Shown here: positions 57,474 to 64,000 of the stretch, piece after piece | Layout: each line of letters opens with the position of its first letter | How positions within the stretch are numbered: the first letter of the stretch is position 1 | From: an uncultured Verrucomicrobiae bacterium | GTDB taxonomy: Bacteria > Verrucomicrobiota > Verrucomicrobiia > Chthoniobacterales > Chthoniobacteraceae | Direction: 5' to 3' | Assembly (NCBI GenBank): GCA_963769025.1 | Contig: CAVYKI010000003.1 | Coordinates: 1,120,001-1,184,000 of the forward strand | Length of the DNA: 64,000 nt | Translations under genes and position numbers: made by a program | Notes under the pieces: model-generated | What the model saw: only the letters and a program-made list of their open reading frames with translations | Databases searched by the model: none | Told to the model about the DNA's origin: nothing

Positions 57474-58163
57474 GTGGTTTCAAAGCCTCCCAAGTATCGT
57501 GGAAAACTCATCGCTGTCGAGGGGCTGGATGGTTCGGGGAAATCCACGCAAATCTACCTTGTCAAACGCTGGCTCGAGCTCTCGGGCGCGCGTGTGTTTT
57601 TCACCGAATGGAATTCATCGAGTCTCGTGAAGCCTTCGACGAGCAAGGGGAAGACGAGCCGTTTGCTGACTCCGACGACGTTTTCGCTCATCCATGCGAC
57701 GGATTTTGCGGATCGCTACGAACGGCAGATTTTTCCGCTGCTCCAAGCGGGATACATCGTGCTCGCGGACCGCTACATTTTCACCGCATTTGCGCGCGAT
57801 GTGGTGCGCGGCGTGGATTTTGACTGGGTGGAGCGCCTGTACAGTTTCGCCGTGCAGCCGGATGTGACGCTCTATTTCCGCGCGCCTCTGGAAGTCGCGC
57901 TGGGCCGAATCCTCGACGGGCGGCCTGAGTTGAAATTCCACGAGGCCGGCATGGACCTCGGCTTGAGCGCCGACCCGTATGAAAGCTTCCGCATTTTCCA
58001 AGGGCGAATCCTCGAGCAGTATGAACTGCTCGCTCCGCGCTACCATTTTACGACTGTGGACGCCACGCGCGACATCCACGACCAGCAGGCGGAGGTGCGC
58101 CGCATCCTGCTCGGGCAGTTGAAGCTCTCGGATTACATCAAAAAGAAAGGACGCCGCTCGTAA
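57474..58163 (+). CDS. Thymidylate kinase-like protein A
   Basis: LIAVEGLDGSGKST, IVLADRYIFT; likely GTG start 57474. Confidence 0.85.
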   Translation: MVSKPPKYRGKLIAVEGLDGSGKSTQIYLVKRWLELSGARVFFTEWNSSSLVKPSTSKGKTSRLLTPTTFSLIHATDFADRYERQIFPLLQAGYIVLADRYIFTAFARDVVRGVDFDWVERLYSFAVQPDVTLYFRAPLEVALGRILDGRPELKFHEAGMDLGLSADPYESFRIFQGRILEQYELLAPRYHFTTVDATRDIHDQQAEVRRILLGQLKLSDYIKKKGRRS

Positions 58164-58167
58164 TCCG

Positions 58168-58896
58168 ATGCCAGCACCCATGCACAAGCCGAATCTCCCC
58201 GGTCGCATCATCCGCACCTTTGGCAGGCCACTTGCGGAAATGGGATCGTCGCGCCTCGTCGGGCGGCTCTTCGCGATTGAAGGCGCCGACGGCTCGGGGC
58301 GTTCGACAAACATCAAGGCCCTCAGTGAGTGGCTTGAATCCCGCGGCTATGCGGTGCGGCACATGGGCCTGCGCCGGTCGCCGTTGCTCGCGCAGGACAT
58401 CGAACATGCGAAGCAGTCCCGGCTCCTCACGCGCACGACCATGGCGCTGCTCTACGCAACGGATTTTTACGACCAACTCGTCCACGAAATCATCCCAGCG
58501 CTCCGGGCGGGCTACATCGTCCTGGCTGACCGCTACATCTACACGCTCATGACGCGCGACATCGTCCGCGGGGCCGAGCCGGAGTGGACGCGCAATCTTT
58601 ACAGCTCCGCGCTCATCCCGGACGCCGTCTTCTATCTCCAGGTGGATCCCGAGGAGCTTGTCCTGCGCAACTTTGAAAAAAACGCGACGCTCGACTACTG
58701 GGAGAGCGGCATGGATCTCGGGCTTTCGCGCGACATGTTCGAAAGTTTCCTCGCGTACCAGGGGCTGATCCAGCGTGCGTTCAGCCGCATGCAAAAGCGG
58801 TACGGATTCACCATCGTGAACGCGAACCGAGACTTCACCAAAATCCAGCGCGAACTCCGCGCGCATGTCGCCAAGAGCCTCGGTGCGGCGAAGTGA
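58168..58896 (+). CDS. Thymidylate kinase-like protein B
   Basis: FAIEGADGSGRST, IVLADRYIYT. Confidence 0.85.
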   Translation: MPAPMHKPNLPGRIIRTFGRPLAEMGSSRLVGRLFAIEGADGSGRSTNIKALSEWLESRGYAVRHMGLRRSPLLAQDIEHAKQSRLLTRTTMALLYATDFYDQLVHEIIPALRAGYIVLADRYIYTLMTRDIVRGAEPEWTRNLYSSALIPDAVFYLQVDPEELVLRNFEKNATLDYWESGMDLGLSRDMFESFLAYQGLIQRAFSRMQKRYGFTIVNANRDFTKIQRELRAHVAKSLGAAK

Positions 58897-59031
58897 TGCG
58901 CGCATGGGCGCGAAAGCTGCATCGATCCCCGATTGAAGGGTTGCGCTTTGGTCGCTGCCCCGTAACATCTGCACGACGATCAGCCGCGGCTGCGCGGGGT
59001 CATAAATTTTTACACTGACGAACCGCAACTC

Positions 59032-60111
59032 ATGGCCACCGCTGTCACGCCCACCGACTTTTCCAAGGCTCCGATCAACGCCAAGCTCTCGGCCGCGCAA
59101 AAGCTCAAGCTGCTCACCGAGATGGTGCGCATCCGCCGCTTCGAGACCGAGTCGAACCGGCAGTATCAGGCGAAAAAGATGGGCGGCTTTCTCCATCTCT
59201 ACAACGGGCAGGAATCCGTCGCCGTCGGCATGCGTATCGCTCATGGGCGACGACGACCACGTCATCACCGCCTACCGCGACCACGGCCATGCTCTCGCAG
59301 TCGGAATGACCATGAACGAGTGCATGGCCGAATTGTTTGGCAAGGCCACCGGCTGCTCGAAAGGGCAAGGGCGGCTCGATGCATTTCTTCGCGCCGGACA
59401 AGAACTACTGGGGCGGCCACGGCATCGTCGCCGGCCAGACGCCGCTCGGCCTCGGCCTCGGCTACGCGCTGAAATACAAGGGCAGCAAAGGCGCGGCCAT
59501 GTGCTTCATGGGCGACGGCGCGGTGAACCAGGGCTGCTTTTACGAGAGCCTGAACATCGCGTCGCTCTTCGAGATTCCCGTGGTCTACATCATCGAAAAC
59601 AACGGCTACTCGATGGGCACGAGCCTCGCGCGGAGCTCCGCCTTCAAGAGCTGCCTCGCCGAGCGCGCCGAGGGATTCGCCATGGCCTGGGGCAAGTGCA
59701 ACGGCGACGGACATCTACGAAGTGCGCGCCAACGTGCAGGACGCCATCGACCGCGCGCACAACGAGAGCAAACCGACGCTCCTGGAAATTTCCACCTACC
59801 GCTACTACGGCCATTCCGTCGCCGATGCGAAGCACAAGGGCGGCTACCGGCAGGCGGAGGAAATCGAGTCCTACAAGGAAAACCACGACCCGATTCAGCA
59901 CTTCAAACGGCGGCTCATCGAGGAAGGCGTGCTGACGGAGGCGCAGTTCGAGCAGATCGACGAGGCGGCGAAGGCCGAGGCCGAGGCAGCGGCGGTGTTC
60001 GCGGACGAGAGCCCGCTGCCGACGGAGGAAAGCATCACGCAGGACGTGTATTTCGAGGTGGACCGGCAGACGGAAGCGGGCCGGACGGGGCGGCATTTCT
60101 TCAACGACTAG
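59032..60111 (+). CDS. pdhA: Pyruvate dehydrogenase E1 alpha (frameshifted)
   Basis: GGFLHLYNGQE, ITAYRDHGH, GKGGSMH, GDGAVNQG..E..N, YRYYGHS. Confidence 0.92.
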
Positions 60112-60152
60112 CACCCGCAAAAGTCAGCGACCGACGCTTCACGGGCATCGTC

Positions 60153-60524
60153 ATGAACTCCCGCAAACCCGCCATCGCCATTTCGTTCCTGATCGTCGCG
60201 GTCGGCATCGCGTGGTTGCTCAATGCCATGCGCATCGTGCCGGACATTGACTGGGTTTGGATCATCGGCCTCGGCGTCTCGGGAATTTTGCTGCTCACCG
60301 TCACGCGGCTCGATCGGTTCAATTTTGTCGCGGGACTCAGCCTCATCGTCAGCTCCGTGCTCGCGGTGTTGCGGCAGACGGGAAAAATCACCGTCAACGT
60401 CGAAGCGCCCGTCCTCTTCATCGCCGTCGGAATCCTGCTGCTCGTCGCCCAGGTCCTCCCTTTGCCCGCCGCCTCGGCGAGCGACGAAAAACCGGCTGCG
60501 CCCAGCGGCCCGCCGAAGCCCTGA
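60153..60524 (+). CDS. Small 4-TM hypothetical membrane protein
   Basis: MNSRKPAIAISFLIVAVGIAWLL..., four hydrophobic segments. Confidence 0.7.
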   Translation: MNSRKPAIAISFLIVAVGIAWLLNAMRIVPDIDWVWIIGLGVSGILLLTVTRLDRFNFVAGLSLIVSSVLAVLRQTGKITVNVEAPVLFIAVGILLLVAQVLPLPAASASDEKPAAPSGPPKP

Positions 60525-60553
60525 ACACCCACATTTTCACCACGAAGAAACTC

Positions 60554-61529
60554 ATGCCACAGATCACCTACCGCGAAGCACTCCGCCACGCACTCGACGA
60601 AGAACTCACGCGCGACCCGAATGTCGTCGTGATGGGCGAGGAGGTCGCCGAATACGACGGCGCATACAAGGTCACCGAGGGCCTTTGGAAAAAGTGGGGC
60701 AGCAAGCGCATCGTGGACACGCCGATCAGCGAAGCCGGCTTCATCGGCATGGGCGTCGGCGCCTCGATGCTCGGCATCCGCCCGGTGATGGAGCTGATGT
60801 TCTGGAGCTTCGCCACCGTCGCGTGGGATCAGATCATCAACAACGCCGCGCAGGTCCGCTACATGAGCGGCGGCCTCATCAACTGCCCCATCGTCATCCG
60901 CGGCCCCGCGAACGGCGGCACGAACGTCGGCGCCACGCACTCGCACAACCACGAAAGCTTCCTCGCGAACGTCCCCGGCCTGAAAGTCGTCTGCCCGTCC
61001 ACCGCCTACGACGCGAAGGGCCTGCTGAAGACCGCCATCCGCGACAACGACCCCGTGATGTTCATGGAGAACACGCTGCTCTACGGCGAAAAATGGGAAG
61101 TGCCGGAGGAGGAATATCTCATTCCGCTCGGCAAGGCGGACATCAAGCGCGAGGGCACCGACATCACGCTCATCGCGCACGGACGCGCCGCGCTCACCGC
61201 CTGCACGGCCGCCGACATCCTCGCCGCCGAGCACAACATCAACGCCGAGGTCATCGATCTCCGCAGCATCCGCCCGCTCGACGAGGACGCGATCTTGGAA
61301 AGCGTCCGCAAGACGCACCGCGCGGTTTACATCGAGGAATCCAAGCCCTTCTGCGGCGTCGGCGCGCAGATCAGCTCGATGATCATGGAAAAGATGCTTC
61401 GACGAACTCGACGCCCCCGTGCTGCGCATCACGAGCCTCGACGCCCCGGCGATCTATTCGCCCGAACTCGAAAAACGCCAGCTCCCGCGCCCGCTCGACG
61501 TCGTCGAGAAGGTGCTGAGCATTTGCTGA
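60554..61529 (+). CDS. pdhB: Pyruvate dehydrogenase E1 beta (one frameshift)
   Basis: ITYREAL, MGEEVAEYDGAYKVT, DTPISE, IVIRGP, IDLRSIRPLD. Confidence 0.92.
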
Positions 61530-61545
61530 TCAGGCGTCCGCGGCT

Positions 61546-62820
61546 TCACGCGGGCGTATCCGCCTTGAACGTCCCAGTGCCGACGAGCCGCTCGAAAATC
61601 GGCGATGCCATGAGCGTCGTGACCACCGCCATGATCACGAGCGTCGCGAAAAGTCCCTCGGAGATGATGCCGCGCTGCAGGCCGATGTTGATGATGATCA
61701 GTTCCATCAGTCCGCGCGCGTTCATGAGCGTGCCGATGCCGAGCGCCTCGCGGTTCGAGATGCCGGTCGCGCGCGCGGCGAGCCAGCAGGCGACGCCTTT
61801 TCCGAGGATCGCCGCGACGAGGACCGCGCCGCACATCAGCCACAGGAAGCCCGAGTTCAGCAGGCCGATCCGCGTGTTCAGGCCCGAGTAGGTGAAGAAC
61901 AGCGGCAGCAGCAGCGCCACGGCGAGCGGCTGAATCCGCGCCACCAGATCGCGCGTGAATATTCCGCGCGGCATCGCGGCACCCATCAGGAACGCGCCGA
62001 ACACCGCGTGCAGCCCGATGAGATCCGTGAACCACGCGCCGAGCGACATCAGCGCGAGCCCGACGACGAGGCCGGCATCCGTGAGTTCGCCATCCTTCTG
62101 CATCCACGCCTGCGCGCGGGCCAGCAGCGGCTTCACGAGGAGGAGACACACGCAGCAGATATGCGACACCGCCGCCGATGTTCACGAGCGCGTGGCTCAT
62201 GTCGCGGTCGAAGCTCGCGAGCACCACCGCGAGCAGGCACCACGCAGTCGCGTCGTCGATGGCGCCCGCGCCGATCGCCACCGTGCCCATCGTCGTGCCG
62301 GCGAGCTTTTTGAAATGGATGATCCGCGCGAGCATCGGAAACGCCGTGATGCACATCGAGGCTCCGAGGAAAAGCATCGCCTCGGTCAGCGTCGTCCGCT
62401 TCGGGAAAAGCTCGGTGTAATGGAAAAACACCCACGCCGAGCGCGCCGCCGAGGACGAACGGCGCGACCATGCCGGCGACCGAAACCGCGATGGAGCTCT
62501 TCAGCCGCGTGCGGATGATGTCCATGCGAAATTCCATCCCGACGATGAACATGTAGAGCGCGAGACCGAGCTGCGACGCGGGAAAAAGGTAGCTCTGCGT
62601 GTCGCGCGTCGTCTGCGTCTTGTCCCACGGGAAAAGCCACTCCTGCCACTCCGGCGCGAGCGAGTCCGAAAAGCGACGGCCCGAGCAGCACGCCCGCGAT
62701 CATCTCCGCCACGACCTGCGGCTGGCCGAAGCGCACGGCAATCGCGCCCACGATCCGGCAAAAGAGCAGGATGACCGCGAGCTGCAGGAAGAAGTGGATC
62801 GCGAGCTGCGTGTTGTTCAT
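61546..62820 (-). CDS. Cation:proton antiporter (CPA2/Kef-like, frameshifted)
   Basis: GQPQVVAEMIAGVLLGPS, SMCITAFPMLARI, IDDATAW, LMNARGLMELI. Confidence 0.9.
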
Positions 62821-62850
62821 CAGAGCGTTCAGATTGCCCGGGAGCTCCTG

Positions 62851-62866
62851 ATACCGGAAATCCAAT
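62851..62866. promoter_or_regulatory. Putative LysR box (T-N11-A) in the divergent intergenic region
   Basis: ATACCGGAAATCCAAT between antiporter and LysR starts. Confidence 0.35.
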
Positions 62867-62902
62867 CTTGCGATAGCGGTCATGCTCCGGCGCTATCAAC
62901 TC

Positions 62903-63811
62903 ATGGAACTCCGCCACCTCCGCTATTTCCAGGCCGTCGCAGAGGAACTCAGCTTTTCCAAGGCAGCCCGCCGTCTGCACATCGCGCAGCCCGCGCTGAG
63001 CCGGGCGGTGAAGGAACTCGAGGAGCGCATCGGCGCAGTGCTCATGCTTCGCAACCGCCGTGCCGTCTCGCTCACCGAGGCAGGTGCCGTGCTGCTGCAT
63101 GAGATCGGGATTCTTTTCCAGCGCGTGGATGACGCGGTGAAAAAGGTGCAGCGGACGGCAAACGGCGAGGAAGGGGAGTTGCGCGTCGGCTACATCGGCC
63201 CGCCGACGCAGGCATTTCTCGGCAGGCTGCTCGCGGAATTCCGCCGACGCTATCCGCGCGTCTCGGTGATCCTCGAGGAACGCACGCCGGAACGCGTGTG
63301 GGAAATGGTCGCGCGCGGCCGCCTCGAAATCGGCCTGACACGCCCGGTGCTCGCGCAACACGCGCACGGCCTGCAAACCACCGTCCTCCGCCGGGAGCCG
63401 TTTCATTGCGTGCTTCCCTCCGGTCATCCGCTCGCGAAAAAACGCACCGTGCCGTGGCGTGCGCTCGCAGGCGAACCGCTCGTGATTCTCGCCCGGCGCG
63501 AAGGCGTCGGTCTCCACGACGCGATCCTCACGGCATGCCAGCGTGCAAACTTCACACCGAAGCTCGTCCACACGCCGAGCGTCATCCACACCGTGCTCAG
63601 CTACGTCGAGGCGGGCGCGGGCATCGGCATCATTCCGGACAGCGTTGCTTCCGTCGGCGACGGGGGACCGCTCATTTTCCGCCCGCTCGTCCCGACGCAG
63701 GCAATCGAACTCGTGATGGTCTGGGCCGGCTCCTGCCCGTCTCCGACCGCAGCAGCCTTTCGCGCGCTCGTCGCCGAATGGCTGAAAAACCGGAAGCTAT
63801 GGACAAAATGA
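62903..63811 (+). CDS. LysR-family regulator
   Basis: MELRHLRYFQAVAEELSFSKAARRLHIAQPALSR. Confidence 0.95.
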   Translation: MELRHLRYFQAVAEELSFSKAARRLHIAQPALSRAVKELEERIGAVLMLRNRRAVSLTEAGAVLLHEIGILFQRVDDAVKKVQRTANGEEGELRVGYIGPPTQAFLGRLLAEFRRRYPRVSVILEERTPERVWEMVARGRLEIGLTRPVLAQHAHGLQTTVLRREPFHCVLPSGHPLAKKRTVPWRALAGEPLVILARREGVGLHDAILTACQRANFTPKLVHTPSVIHTVLSYVEAGAGIGIIPDSVASVGDGGPLIFRPLVPTQAIELVMVWAGSCPSPTAAAFRALVAEWLKNRKLWTK

Positions 63812-64000
63812 GCGCGCAAAACTCGCAGCCGATCGATTGCCACGTGCATCTCGTCGGCAATGGAAAATCCGGCAGCGGGTGCTGGCTCCGCCTCGGTGCG
63901 ACGTGGTGGCAAAAGGGGCTCGCCAACTACATGCTGCGCCACATCGGCCTCGGGGAAGTTTCGCTGGATGCGCCGGATTTCGACGAACGTTACGTCGCGC
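63808..64000 (+). CDS. Amidohydrolase-family protein, partial
   Basis: MSAQNSQPIDCHVHLVG (DxHxH); ATGA overlap with LysR; runs off window. Confidence 0.75.
   Translation, partial: MSAQNSQPIDCHVHLVGNGKSGSGCWLRLGATWWQKGLANYMLRHIGLGEVSLDAPDFDERYVA

Overview
High-GC bacterial chromosomal window. Gene content points to Verrucomicrobiota, probably Chthoniobacter-like: autotransporter-associated (PATR) repeat protein, two PVC-type CxxCH haem proteins, DUF1501, zinc-ribbon Ser/Thr kinase. From about 19.5 kb onward many genes, including essential rpoD, dnaG, proS, mnmG and pdhAB, carry indels that look like long-read consensus errors, so their coordinates are approximate reconstructions. Gene order: giant PATR surface protein with a sigma-54 promoter; a 10 kb two-component block with no output domain; ppnP; receptor Ser/Thr kinase; MFS transporter with an EF-hand pair; M50/CBS protease; sigma-54-driven glutamine synthetase II divergent from a minimal kinase + PP2C phosphatase pair; proS; an extended MglA/MglB multi-roadblock module; ThuA-CxxCH protein with AraC regulator; KTSC/gspG; a candidate 6S-like RNA; Pal/OmpA; esterase; dnaG-rpoD; cysE, cysteine desulfurase, DUF1501; a lower-GC mnmG-cdd region with two parS sites inside coding sequence; tandem Tmk-like kinases; pdhA/pdhB; CPA2 antiporter, LysR and an amidohydrolase. 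The best candidates for undescribed biology are the GSII/mini-kinase/PP2C locus, the extended Mgl module, the EF-hand MFS transporter, the coding-embedded parS sites, the Tmk-like pair and the 6S-like RNA.
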